From positions 6,315 through 70,314 of the forward strand of contig JBBIPK010000005.1 of NCBI GenBank assembly GCA_037442885.1: a stretch of 64,000 nt of DNA, given 5' to 3'. This DNA is from Acidobacteriota bacterium. GTDB taxonomy: Bacteria > Acidobacteriota > Terriglobia > Acidiferrales > 2-02-FULL-67-57. Positions 47,035 to 56,229 of this stretch are shown here, piece by piece. The stretch's first letter is position 1, and every line of letters begins with the position of its first letter. The position numbers were made by a program, and so were the translations under genes. The notes under the pieces are model-generated. The model made no database searches. It was given only the letters and a program-made list of their open reading frames with translations, and had not been told where the DNA came from.

Positions 47035-48466
47035 GAGCCGCCTCGTTCTTTACAGATTCGCGCCCGCGCAACAAGGCGCGCCGGTCAATCTCCAACCAGT
47101 GCTCCGATTTCACGACTCGCTGCAGAGCCGTCAGAACTTCTGTCTCCTTGAGCACGCCGGTGGCTTCCAGCAACGCACCCAGCATCACCAAGTTGGCGGC
47201 GCGGGGCTCGCCCAGCTCATCGGCGAGTTGGGTGAAGGGGCGAACGACGAAGTGCACGTCCTCGCGCCGGCAATTGTCCGGCAGGCCACTTCCGTTGTAG
47301 AACACCCACCCGTCCGAAGTGACAGTAGGAAGAAACTTCTCGAGCGAAGGCTCGTTCAGGGCCAGCAGCACGTTGGGGCGCGACACGAGCGGGGAGTCAA
47401 CCGGCTGCGTGCCTAGGCGCACGTGGCAGTTCGACGTGCCCGAGCGCATCTCGGGGCCGTAGGAAGGCAGCCAGGAAACTTCCAGTCCGGCGTCCAACCC
47501 GGCCTCGGCCAGCAATTGGCCCAGGAGCAGCACTCCCTGGCCGCCGAAGCCCGCCACTTTGATGCGGAAATCCACTTCGGCGTGCGTCTGGCGGGTTGTT
47601 TCTCCGCCGGCCGGGCCGCTGGTGATGCCGATGAGCTCGGGGATGTTCTCCGCCGGCGGCGCGGGGGCGGGCGCCGGCCGTGCCTGTGTCTCTTTGGTTC
47701 GGTCGCGGAAGACACCCAGGGGGAAGGCTTTCATCATTTCGTCCGCCACCCAGCGCTGCGCCTCCACCGGTGTCATTTTCCAGATGGTGGGGCAAGGAGA
47801 GAGGATTTCAACGAGTGAGAAACCGAGGTCACGCACCTGGTTTTCGATGGCGCGCCGCACGGCCCGCGCAGTCTTCATGATCTGCTTGTTGTCGGAGAGA
47901 GAGACGCGCTCGAGATAAACCGGCGCCTCCAGCGCAGCCAGCAGTTCGCAGACGCGCAGAGGATAGCCTTCGTTCCAGAGATCGCGGCCAAATGGCGTGG
48001 TCGTGCTCTTCTGTCCCAACAGCGTGGTCGGGGCCATCTGCCCGCCCGTCATCCCGTAGATGGCGTTGTTGATGAAAAAGACAGTGATGTTTTCGCCGCG
48101 ATTGGCGGCATGGACGATTTCGGCCGTGCCGATGGCCGCCAGGTCGCCATCGCCCTGGTAGTCAAGCACGATGCTTTGCGGCCGCGCGCGCTTGACGGCG
48201 GCCGCGACCGCCGCGGCCCGGCCATGGGCGGCCTGGATGTTGCCGACATCGAAGTAGTAATAGGCAAACACCGAGCAGCCGACCGGGCTGATGAAGATGG
48301 TGCGGTCTTGAATTCCCAGCTCGTCAATGGTCTTAGCAATCAGCTTGTGCACGATGCCGTGACCGCAGCCGGGGCAGTAGTGGGTTTGGTGCTGGAGCTC
48401 CGACTTGCGGAAATAGCGGTCGTAGAAGCTGGCGGCCTTCGCGTGGGTGACAGCGTAGCTAGCCAA
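47024..48466 (-). CDS. 2-oxoacid:ferredoxin oxidoreductase, fused beta (TPP-binding) and gamma subunits
   Basis: 480 aa. The N-terminal [10 protein letters not shown]...GDGDLAAIG is the TPP-binding beta subunit. The C-terminal [22 protein letters not shown]...SYGPEMRSG is gamma-subunit-like. Confidence 0.88.
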   Translation of the reverse strand: MASYAVTHAKAASFYDRYFRKSELQHQTHYCPGCGHGIVHKLIAKTIDELGIQDRTIFISPVGCSVFAYYYFDVGNIQAAHGRAAAVAAAVKRARPQSIVLDYQGDGDLAAIGTAEIVHAANRGENITVFFINNAIYGMTGGQMAPTTLLGQKSTTTPFGRDLWNEGYPLRVCELLAALEAPVYLERVSLSDNKQIMKTARAVRRAIENQVRDLGFSLVEILSPCPTIWKMTPVEAQRWVADEMMKAFPLGVFRDRTKETQARPAPAPAPPAENIPELIGITSGPAGGETTRQTHAEVDFRIKVAGFGGQGVLLLGQLLAEAGLDAGLEVSWLPSYGPEMRSGTSNCHVRLGTQPVDSPLVSRPNVLLALNEPSLEKFLPTVTSDGWVFYNGSGLPDNCRREDVHFVVRPFTQLADELGEPRAANLVMLGALLEATGVLKETEVLTALQRVVKSEHWLEIDRRALLRGRESVKNEAAHEH

Positions 48467-49550
48467 GGGCGACTCCTTGCGCCGGGGCGTACTCGGTCAT
48501 CCTGCGCCCGGTCCTATCTTTGATGAATTCCAGGATCTCTTCCGCAGAGGGCACGTTGCCGCCCACCCGACTGTAGAACTCGACTGGGGTCCGACCCTGA
48601 AGCACCAGGCGGACGTCGTCGAGCAACTGGCCTGTGCTCATCTCCACCACCACGAAGGCATGCGCCTGGCGGCTCAACTGCAGCAGGGAAGCGACCGGAA
48701 ACGGGTAGAGGGTGATGGGCCGCAGCAGGCCTAGCCGCAGCCCATTCGCACGACCCAGCTCCACAACGGCCTTCAGGATGCGCGCGATGATTCCGTAGCC
48801 GACCAGGATGATTTCCGCGTCCTGGGTACGCCAGAGTTCCGCCCGCGCCTCGCGCTGCTCGGCGCGGCGGTACTTCGCTTCCAGGCGGTGGATGTGTGCC
48901 TCCAATTCGTCGGGCTCGAGATAGATCGAGGTGATCAGGTTGGCGCGCGTCTCTGCGGTTCCTTCCACCGCCCAGCTCATCTGCCGCGGCCGGACCACCC
49001 GGGTGGGAAACTCCACCGGCTCCATCATCTGCCCGATGTAGCCATCGGCCAGCACGACCGCGGGGTTGCGGTACTCGTCGGCCAGCTCGAAGGCGTACCA
49101 AGTAAGGTCGGCCATCTCCTGCACCGAGGCCGGCGCCAGGACAAAGGTGCGGTAGTTCCCATGTCCGCCGCCCTTGACCATCTGGCGGTAGTCGCCCTGC
49201 TCGGGGGCAATGTTTCCCAGGCCGGGACCGCCGCGCATGATGTCAGCAATCACGCAGGGAAGCTCGGCGCCGGCCAGGTAGCTGATGCCTTCCTGCATCA
49301 GGCTGAGTCCCGGGCCGCTCGAGGCGGTCATCGCGCGCACACCGGCAGCGGCCGCCCCGTAGACCATGTTGATGGCTGCGACCTCGCTTTCGGCCTGCAG
49401 GAACACACCGCCGACCGGAGGCAGGTAGAGGGCAGCAGCTTCGGCGATTTCGCTGGCCGGGGTGATGGGGTAGCCATAGAACGCACGGCAGCCGCCCAGG
49501 ATCGCGCCTTTGATGATTGCGTCGTTGCCTTTGATGAGTTGTTTGGCCAT
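48459..49550 (-). CDS. 2-oxoacid:ferredoxin oxidoreductase alpha subunit
   Basis: 363 aa. [29 protein letters not shown]... Confidence 0.9.
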   Translation of the reverse strand: MAKQLIKGNDAIIKGAILGGCRAFYGYPITPASEIAEAAALYLPPVGGVFLQAESEVAAINMVYGAAAAGVRAMTASSGPGLSLMQEGISYLAGAELPCVIADIMRGGPGLGNIAPEQGDYRQMVKGGGHGNYRTFVLAPASVQEMADLTWYAFELADEYRNPAVVLADGYIGQMMEPVEFPTRVVRPRQMSWAVEGTAETRANLITSIYLEPDELEAHIHRLEAKYRRAEQREARAELWRTQDAEIILVGYGIIARILKAVVELGRANGLRLGLLRPITLYPFPVASLLQLSRQAHAFVVVEMSTGQLLDDVRLVLQGRTPVEFYSRVGGNVPSAEEILEFIKDRTGRRMTEYAPAQGVALG

Positions 49551-49553
49551 CGG

Positions 49554-49826
49554 CTATGCTGCTGCCTCCGCCTCTGCGTCTCGCTGGCTCTGCTCGACCA
49601 ACCGGAGCACTCGAATCGCCCCCGGCTCGGGGCAGACAAAGAAACAGATGCCGCACCCGGTGCAGCCCGAGCCGAGGTAGGCCACCGGATGAATACCGTA
49701 GCGGTTCAGCTCTTCCGCCAGATGGAGCACGCGCGGCGGGCAAGCTTCGACGCAGAGCCCGCAGCCCTTGCACTCTTGCGAGTCAAGCTCCACCAGTCCA
49801 CGGGCGTCCGCATTCGTTTTCTTCAT
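49554..49826 (-). CDS. 4Fe-4S dicluster ferredoxin (oxidoreductase delta subunit)
   Basis: Internal ATG at 49826 of ORF 49554-50192. Two CxxCxxCxxxCP motifs ([24 protein letters not shown]). ATGA overlap with the upstream CoA-transferase gene. Confidence 0.85.
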   Translation of the reverse strand: MKKTNADARGLVELDSQECKGCGLCVEACPPRVLHLAEELNRYGIHPVAYLGSGCTGCGICFFVCPEPGAIRVLRLVEQSQRDAEAEAAA

Positions 49827-51145
49827 GCCACCTTCTCCAGCTCCAGTGCTTGCCGCTTGGGCAGCAAGTTGGCGCGCACGGCCCAAGCCGTCAATTCGTC
49901 GCGGAAGCGGGGATGTGCAATGCGAATGAGCTCCCGAGCACGCTCGCGAACCGATTTCCCGAACAAGTGAGCGATGCCGTATTCGGTAACCACGTAGTGA
50001 ACATCTGCACGGGTGTCCACCACCCCCGCCCCGGAATCCAGCATCGGCACAATCCGCGAAACCGTTCCATCCTTGGCCGTGGAGGGCAGGGCGATGATGG
50101 GCTTGCCGCCCTTCGAGCGCGCCGCGCCGCGGATGAAGTCGGTTTGCCCGCCAAAGCCGCTGTAGAAGCTTCGCCCGATGGAATCCGAGCACACCTGCCC
50201 GGTCAAGTCCACCTGCAGGGCCGAGTTGATGGCGACCATCTTCTCGTTCTGGGCGATGACGAAGGGGTCGTTGGTGTAATAGACGGGATGAAACTCGATG
50301 AGCGGGTTGTTGTGGATGAAGTCAAACAGTGCGCGGCTGCCCAGCACAAAGCTAGCGATGATCTTGTGCGGATGGAGGGTCTTGCGTTCGCAGGTGACGA
50401 CGCCGGCCTTGACCAGTTCCATGATTCCGTCGGAGAACATCTCGGTGTGGATGCCGAGGTCATTCTTGTCCTGCAGGTAGAGGAGCACGGCATCGGGGAT
50501 GCCGCCGATGCCCATCTGCAGGGTGGAGCCGTCTTCGATAAGGCCGGCAATGTTGCGTCCAATAGCGCGGTGCAGCCCGGTGATGGGATAGCGGGGCAGC
50601 TCGAGCAGCGGCCGATTTGTCCGTACCATGTAGTCAATGTCCTGCACGCGCAAGAAAGAATCACCGAGGGTGCGGGGCATCTGTTCGTTCACTTCGGCCA
50701 CGACCAGGCGGGCACACTTGGCGGCGGTGAGCGTGGTATCCACGCCGACACCGAGGCTGCAGAAACCGTGCGCGTCGGGCGGGGAGACTTGGATAAGGGC
50801 CACATCGAGCGGCATCGTACCCGACCAGAACAGGCGCTCAATCTCACTGAGGAAAATCGGCACGAAGTCGGCCCGGCCGGCGTTCACGGCTTCGCGCACG
50901 TTGGCTCCGATGAAAAAAGCCACATGGCGGAAATGGCTCTCCATATCCGGGCGGATGTAGTCAGCCTCGCCAAAGGTCAAGAGGTGGACAACTTCAACAT
51001 CGGTCAGTTCCGGCGCACGGCGGGCGAGAGCCTTGACCAGGGGTTCGGGGGTGGCACAACCAGGGTGAATGTAGACGCGGTGGCCACTTTCCACGCAGCG
51101 GAGAGCCTCTTCGGCAGAGGTTTCTCTTGGCAGTCGCGGCGGCAT
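49823..51145 (-). CDS. acetyl-CoA hydrolase/transferase family protein (4-hydroxybutyrate CoA-transferase-like)
   Basis: 440 aa. Family-typical blocks [30 protein letters not shown] and [13 protein letters not shown]. Confidence 0.88.
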   Translation of the reverse strand: MPPRLPRETSAEEALRCVESGHRVYIHPGCATPEPLVKALARRAPELTDVEVVHLLTFGEADYIRPDMESHFRHVAFFIGANVREAVNAGRADFVPIFLSEIERLFWSGTMPLDVALIQVSPPDAHGFCSLGVGVDTTLTAAKCARLVVAEVNEQMPRTLGDSFLRVQDIDYMVRTNRPLLELPRYPITGLHRAIGRNIAGLIEDGSTLQMGIGGIPDAVLLYLQDKNDLGIHTEMFSDGIMELVKAGVVTCERKTLHPHKIIASFVLGSRALFDFIHNNPLIEFHPVYYTNDPFVIAQNEKMVAINSALQVDLTGQVCSDSIGRSFYSGFGGQTDFIRGAARSKGGKPIIALPSTAKDGTVSRIVPMLDSGAGVVDTRADVHYVVTEYGIAHLFGKSVRERARELIRIAHPRFRDELTAWAVRANLLPKRQALELEKVA

Positions 51146-51670
51146 ACTCTCCTTTCGCGTACCTCTGTTTCCACCCTAAGGAGGGCAATTCAAGGGCCGG
51201 TTAGGGGAGGTGTGGGACAGGCCGGGTCGCGATTATCCTCATTTCTCTGAAGTACTTAGGGCATAGCTCGAAGAGGCCGACACCCAGCATCACGCGCCAG
51301 GGAACAAATTGTCCTTCTGCTCGAGGAGCCTTCTGCTCCCCGCCGACAGAAAGTCGGCCTAGAACCGGACTAGGCAAGGGGCCCTGCTTTGGGGTGGGAG
51401 CGAGCCAAGGTGGGCACCTACGGAGGATCGGCGGCAGACCTTTCCCTTGTTGTCGAGTTCCGCGGCGCCCGCGTGGGAAAATGCCACACCCCCGAAAGTC
51501 CTAGCGCCGTCGGCTTCTTCGAAGGGACGCGGCGAATAGCGCCACGCTTTGCGTTGTGCTCTTCGACACGCCTGGTTTGGTTGCGAGCAAGGGTTGCCTC
51601 GCCGTGCGTTGGAAGTCTATGGAAACGTACCAGTTAGAATCCTCGTGTGCGTGCTCGCTCCGGCGCGGTT

Positions 51671-51685
51671 TGGCGGCGTGAGTGC
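51671..51685 (+). promoter_or_regulatory. weak candidate sigma-54 promoter TGGCGG-N5-GTGC
   Basis: GG at 51672-51673 and GC at 51684-51685 with -24/-12 spacing, 67 nt upstream of the ATG at 51752. The operon ends with an NtrC-type activator. Confidence 0.3.
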
Positions 51686-51751
51686 GTCTAGGTGAGGTGG
51701 CTGTGTGAGGCCCGCCCGGCCCCACGAGGTCGGGAGAAAGGAAGGTGAGCC

Positions 51752-52420
51752 ATGACAGTCATCCTTGTGCTCCTGACGCTGCTCGCGTTCATTGTCCTCG
51801 ACGCGCTGCTGACGCGGAGGAAAGCTCCTCAGCCAGCCACTCGTCCCCAGCCACGACGCGTCCCCGGTGTGCTCGAGCCTTCCTATGTGGAAGGGTTCCT
51901 AGTTCCGGAGGCGTTGCACTACCACCCCGGCCATTCCTGGCTGCTGCGCGAGCGGAAGCACGTCGTGCGTGTGGGCGCAGACGAATTCGCGGCTGCACTC
52001 GCCGGGCAGATGGCGAAAGTGGAGCTTCCCAAGCCCGGGCAGTGGCTCCGGCAGGGACAGAAAGCCTGGACGTTCTATCGGAACGGCGAGAAGGCCGAGA
52101 TGGTGTCGCCCATCGAAGGCGAGGTGCTTGAGGTGAACGCCGAAGTTCTGGCCGAGCCGTCGCTGATCCGCGAGGACCCATATGGTCGCGGTTGGCTGAT
52201 GACCGTCTATGTGCCGGACGAGGAAAACACGGCGCGGAATCTGCTGCCCACCAAGCTCGTGCGGGATTGGATGCGCGATGCCGTGGAGCGTCTCTACGCT
52301 CGCCAGCCGCAACTGGCCGGCGCCGTTGCTGCCGATGGTGGACGCCCGGCGAACGATGTGTTTGCCGCTCTGCCGGATGTCTCCTGGAGAGAGTTGACGC
52401 GGGAATTCTTCCTCTCCTAG
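51752..52420 (+). CDS. membrane-anchored GcvH-like (glycine cleavage H fold) protein without the lipoyl-lysine motif
   Basis: 222 aa. N-terminal TM MTVILVLLTLLAFIVLDALL, then YHPGHSWLL...VRVGADEFAA...VSPIEGEVLEVNAEVLAEPSLIREDPYGRGWLM, a GcvH-like fold. No ESVKA-type lysine context. Confidence 0.75.
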   Translation: MTVILVLLTLLAFIVLDALLTRRKAPQPATRPQPRRVPGVLEPSYVEGFLVPEALHYHPGHSWLLRERKHVVRVGADEFAAALAGQMAKVELPKPGQWLRQGQKAWTFYRNGEKAEMVSPIEGEVLEVNAEVLAEPSLIREDPYGRGWLMTVYVPDEENTARNLLPTKLVRDWMRDAVERLYARQPQLAGAVAADGGRPANDVFAALPDVSWRELTREFFLS

Positions 52421-52633
52421 GGGGGCGGGGGAGGTTCCAGGCGCCGCTCCGGCCGGGGAGGTCGTGGAGAAACTCTGTCGTCTTTCCCGACGATGGGGGA
52501 GCGACGCGTGACAAGTTGTCCACCGACCTCCGACACGGCTCGCAAGAGTGCGCCTATCACATTGCGATTCCGATGCTTAGGGGCAGTCCCGCCTGGCTGG
52601 GGAATTGCCCTACAGAAGGCGAGAGGTGGCGAC

Positions 52634-53395
52634 ATGGGAAAGGCCATCTTATACGACACCACACGCTGCATCGGCTGCCGCCTGTGCGAGGCCGCCTGTG
52701 CCGAGCGTTGGGGGTTACCCTACGACGAGAGAATTGCCGCTGAGGAACAGCTCTCTGAGCACAAGCTAACCACCGTGGTCACGCACGGCGAGCGGTTCAC
52801 GCGCCGGCTGTGCATGCATTGCTTGGAACCCACTTGTGTTTCTGTATGCCCGGTCGCGGCGCTGCAAAAGACTTCGCTCGGGCCTGTCATCTACGACGAA
52901 ACGCGCTGCATCGGGTGTCGCTATTGCATGCTGGCATGCCCCTTCCAGGTTCCGGTCTATGAGTGGAGCCGGCGTCTGCCCCGCGTCAAGAAATGCGACA
53001 TGTGTTACCAGCGCCAGTTGGCCGGACAACCGACGGCTTGCGCCGAGATCTGCCCAACCGGAGCCACCATCAGTGGCGACCGCGACGAGTTGATCGCGGA
53101 GGCACGTCGCCGCATTGCCGAAAGCCCCGGCGACTACTACGACCACATCTATGGCCTCGAAGACGTGGGCGGCACATCTGTCCTGGTTCTGGCCTCCGTG
53201 CCCATCGAGCAACTGGGAATGAACCACCGCCTGCCGCACGAGCCGCTTCCCATCCTGACCTGGCGTGTGCTCTCGCTCATTCCCGACATCGTGGCCGTGG
53301 GGACGGTGTTGCTGGGCGGCATCTGGTGGATTACGCATCGCCGCGATGAAGTGGCGGCCTCCGAGCTCGCGGAAAAGGAGAAGCAGAAGCGATGA
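52634..53395 (+). CDS. 4Fe-4S ferredoxin-type subunit (HybA/NrfC/PsrB-like) with C-terminal TM anchor, no Tat signal
   Basis: ATG at 52634 after GAGAGGTGG. MGKAILYDTTRCIGCRLCEAAC, CMHCLEPTCVSVCP, CIGCRYCMLACP, CDMC...CAEICP, and a C-terminal TM IVAVGTVLLGGIWWI. Confidence 0.88.
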   Translation: MGKAILYDTTRCIGCRLCEAACAERWGLPYDERIAAEEQLSEHKLTTVVTHGERFTRRLCMHCLEPTCVSVCPVAALQKTSLGPVIYDETRCIGCRYCMLACPFQVPVYEWSRRLPRVKKCDMCYQRQLAGQPTACAEICPTGATISGDRDELIAEARRRIAESPGDYYDHIYGLEDVGGTSVLVLASVPIEQLGMNHRLPHEPLPILTWRVLSLIPDIVAVGTVLLGGIWWITHRRDEVAASELAEKEKQKR

Positions 53396-54558
53396 ATCTG
53401 TCTCTGCGCTGGCCTCGGCTCACGGTCTGGCAATGGATCTTTGCGCTCGTAATGCTGGCGGGCCTCTATGCAGCCTATGTACGAGTACTCTACGGCCTCG
53501 GCGGCGCCACCAACCTGAGCAACCAGTTCCCCTGGGGACTCTGGATCGGCTTTGATGTTCTCTGCGGTGTCGGTCTGGCCGCAGGGGGCTTCACGCTCGC
53601 CGCGATCGTTCACATCTTCAACATCGAGCGCTACAAGCCCATCCTGCGCGCCACCATCCTCACCGCGTTCCTCGGTTACCTGCTGGTCATCCTGGCGCTG
53701 CTGTTCGACCTCGGCCGCCCCTACCGCATTTGGCACCCACTGGTGATGTGGAACCCACGCTCGGTAATGTTCGAGGTGGCCTGGTGCGTGATGCTCTACA
53801 CGGCGGTGCTGGCCCTGGAGTTTGCCCCTGTCGTGTTTGAACGCTATGGATGGAAAGCGCCGCTGCGCTGGATGCACGCGGTTTCCCTGCCGCTCGTGAT
53901 TGCGGGCGTGATCCTGTCCACCCTCCACCAGTCCTCGCTCGGCAGCCTCTACCTCATCGTCCCGCACAAGCTCTATCCGCTTTGGTACAGCCCGCTGCTT
54001 CCTCTGTTCTTCTTTGTCTCCGCGATTTGTGTGGGCTTTGCGATGACCATCTTCGAGTCCTGGCACAGCAGCCGGGCTTTCGGGAAGCAGTTGGAACGGC
54101 CGCTGCTGGCCAGTATGGCGCGAGTGTTGGTGGTGCTGCTGCTCGTGTATCTGGGCATGCGCTTCCTCGACCTGCACCACCGCGGTGCCTTGCCGTTGCT
54201 GCGGCAGAACCGGACGGAGACCTATCTGTTTGGGCTGGAGATCGCCCTGCTCTTGATTCCGGTGGTCTTCCTGTTCCGCCGGCGGGTTCGCATGAATCCG
54301 GCTGCGCTCTATGCCTGCGCCGTGGCGGTGATTTTCGGGTTCGTGACCAACCGACTGAACGTGAGCGTAACCGGAATGGAGGCGGGTTCGGGGACAAGTT
54401 ATCTGCCGCGGTGGACGGAGGTGGCAGTGACGCTCGCCATCATTGCGCTTGGCTTCGCCATCTTCCGCTTTGCCGCCAAGCATCTGCCCATCTTCGCGGC
54501 GGCAGAGGCGGCCGTGGAGAAGGCAGCAGAGGAGGCGGTGGCTGTTTACACAGGGTGA
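53392..54558 (+). CDS. NrfD/PsrC/HybB-family integral membrane quinone-interacting subunit
   Basis: 388 aa, ~10 TM. FPWGLWIGFDVLCGVGLAAGGF and the LFDLGRPYRIWHP motif typical of the NrfD family. ATGA overlap with the upstream gene. Confidence 0.85.
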   Translation: MNLSLRWPRLTVWQWIFALVMLAGLYAAYVRVLYGLGGATNLSNQFPWGLWIGFDVLCGVGLAAGGFTLAAIVHIFNIERYKPILRATILTAFLGYLLVILALLFDLGRPYRIWHPLVMWNPRSVMFEVAWCVMLYTAVLALEFAPVVFERYGWKAPLRWMHAVSLPLVIAGVILSTLHQSSLGSLYLIVPHKLYPLWYSPLLPLFFFVSAICVGFAMTIFESWHSSRAFGKQLERPLLASMARVLVVLLLVYLGMRFLDLHHRGALPLLRQNRTETYLFGLEIALLLIPVVFLFRRRVRMNPAALYACAVAVIFGFVTNRLNVSVTGMEAGSGTSYLPRWTEVAVTLAIIALGFAIFRFAAKHLPIFAAAEAAVEKAAEEAVAVYTG

Positions 54559-54561
54559 GCT

Positions 54562-56229
54562 ATGGAGTCGCTGAATCCCAGGGCGCGTTCGCTCCGCGTG
54601 CGGCTGGCGGTGAAGCTGGGGGTGGCGCTGGTGTTGAGTACTGCCGCGCTGTTCAGCTTGTTCGGTTATCTGAATCTGCGCCTGCAGCGCAGCCATGCCG
54701 AGGAAATCGTTCTGCAGAGCGCCGACCGCATCAGCGACTTGATCCTGCGCAGCACGCGGTACCAGATGCTGCGCAACGACCGGGAGGCCCTCTACCAGGT
54801 GATCGACACGATTGGCAGCGAGCCCGGCATCCGCCGCATCCGCATTTTCAGCGAAGAAGGACGCATCAGCTTCTCGACCGAACTCAGCGAACTCAACACG
54901 CTGGTGGACAAACGGGCAGAGGCCTGTTTTGCCTGCCACGCGCAGGCTGCCCCCTTGACGAAGCTCGATCGCCCGGACCGCGCCCGCATCTTCACCGACG
55001 CGCGCGGGGATCGTGTGTTGGGACTGATTCGGCCCATCGAGAACGAACCGGCCTGCACCAATGCCGCCTGCCACGCGCATCCGCCGGAACGCCGCATCCT
55101 GGGCGTGATTGATACGGACCTTACTCTGGCTACCGTGGACCGCCAACTCGCCGAGCAGCAACGCAACCTCCTGCGCTTCACGGTCATAGCCGTTGTTTTG
55201 ATGTCACTCATCAGTGTGGTGTTCATCTGGCTCGTCGTCCACAAACCTGTCAAAGAACTGACCGCAGGGACGCAGCGGGTCGCGCAAGGAGACCTGACCT
55301 ACCAGTTGCCTGTGCGCTCGGGTGACGAGCTGGGCGACCTGGCTGCTTCCTTCAACAAGATGACAGCTGAACTAGCGGCAGCCCAGGCCGAACTGACGTC
55401 GTGGGGGCGTACGCTGGAGGAACGCGTCGAGGCCAAGAGCCAGGAGTTGCTGCGCGCGCACGCTTCCCTGGCCGCCAGCGAGAAGATGGTGTCGCTGGGC
55501 AAGCTGGCGGCCACCGTGGCCCACGAGGTGAACAACCCGCTTTCGGGAATCCTGACCTACGCCCGGCTCACACACCGCGCATTGGAGAAATCTGCGCTTG
55601 AGGGGCTGCCAAAGGAAGAGATTCTGGAGCATCTGCGCATCATCGAGCGTGAGAGCCGTCGCTGCGGCCAGATCATGCGCAACCTGCTCACCTTTGCGCG
55701 GCAGGCACCAGCCCAGCGCGAACCCAACGACGTTAACACACTGGTGGAACGCGCGCTGACGCTGGTGCGCAATCAGCTCGAACTCCAGGGTGTCGAACTC
55801 GTGAAGAAGCTGGCCGCAGGTTTGCCGACGGTCGCCTGCGACGCCGGCCAGGTTCAGCAGGTGGTGTTGACGCTGCTGGTCAACGCCTGCGACGCGATGC
55901 CGCGCGGCGGGAAACTGGAGGTTGCGACCGAACTGGGAGCAGATGGATGGAGCGTGCGCATCGGCGTCCGCGATACAGGTTTCGGGATTCCGTCAGAGGT
56001 GCTGCCGCGCATCTTTGAACCGTTCTTCACGACCAAGGAAGATCCTGGGCGAACGGGCTTGGGGCTGGCGGTGGCGCGCAGCATAGTCGAGGCGCACGGA
56101 GGCTCAATCGCTGTCCGCTCCCGTCCGGGGGAGGGAACTGAATTCAGCATCACGATTCCGCTGGATGGTAGGGGAAGCGTCTCGTCAGTCGAAGAAGTTG
56201 TCGTTCAGTCTGAACGGGAAAGAAGGTGA
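54562..56229 (+). CDS. membrane sensor histidine kinase (HAMP) with CxxCH and Cx4CH motifs in the extracytoplasmic domain
   Basis: 555 aa. TM1, a sensor domain with ACFACHA and ACTNAACHA, TM2, HAMP (GDLTYQLPVRSGDELGDLAASFNKM), H-box VAHEVNNPLSGI, and G-box GLGLAVA. Confidence 0.9.
   Translation: MESLNPRARSLRVRLAVKLGVALVLSTAALFSLFGYLNLRLQRSHAEEIVLQSADRISDLILRSTRYQMLRNDREALYQVIDTIGSEPGIRRIRIFSEEGRISFSTELSELNTLVDKRAEACFACHAQAAPLTKLDRPDRARIFTDARGDRVLGLIRPIENEPACTNAACHAHPPERRILGVIDTDLTLATVDRQLAEQQRNLLRFTVIAVVLMSLISVVFIWLVVHKPVKELTAGTQRVAQGDLTYQLPVRSGDELGDLAASFNKMTAELAAAQAELTSWGRTLEERVEAKSQELLRAHASLAASEKMVSLGKLAATVAHEVNNPLSGILTYARLTHRALEKSALEGLPKEEILEHLRIIERESRRCGQIMRNLLTFARQAPAQREPNDVNTLVERALTLVRNQLELQGVELVKKLAAGLPTVACDAGQVQQVVLTLLVNACDAMPRGGKLEVATELGADGWSVRIGVRDTGFGIPSEVLPRIFEPFFTTKEDPGRTGLGLAVARSIVEAHGGSIAVRSRPGEGTEFSITIPLDGRGSVSSVEEVVVQSERERR

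Noticed and set aside
53149-55161. 670-aa ORF on the - strand
   Set aside because: It is antisense to the NrfD-family gene and the HAMP kinase. The translation is low-complexity (runs of H, Q, R, E) with no recognisable domain.
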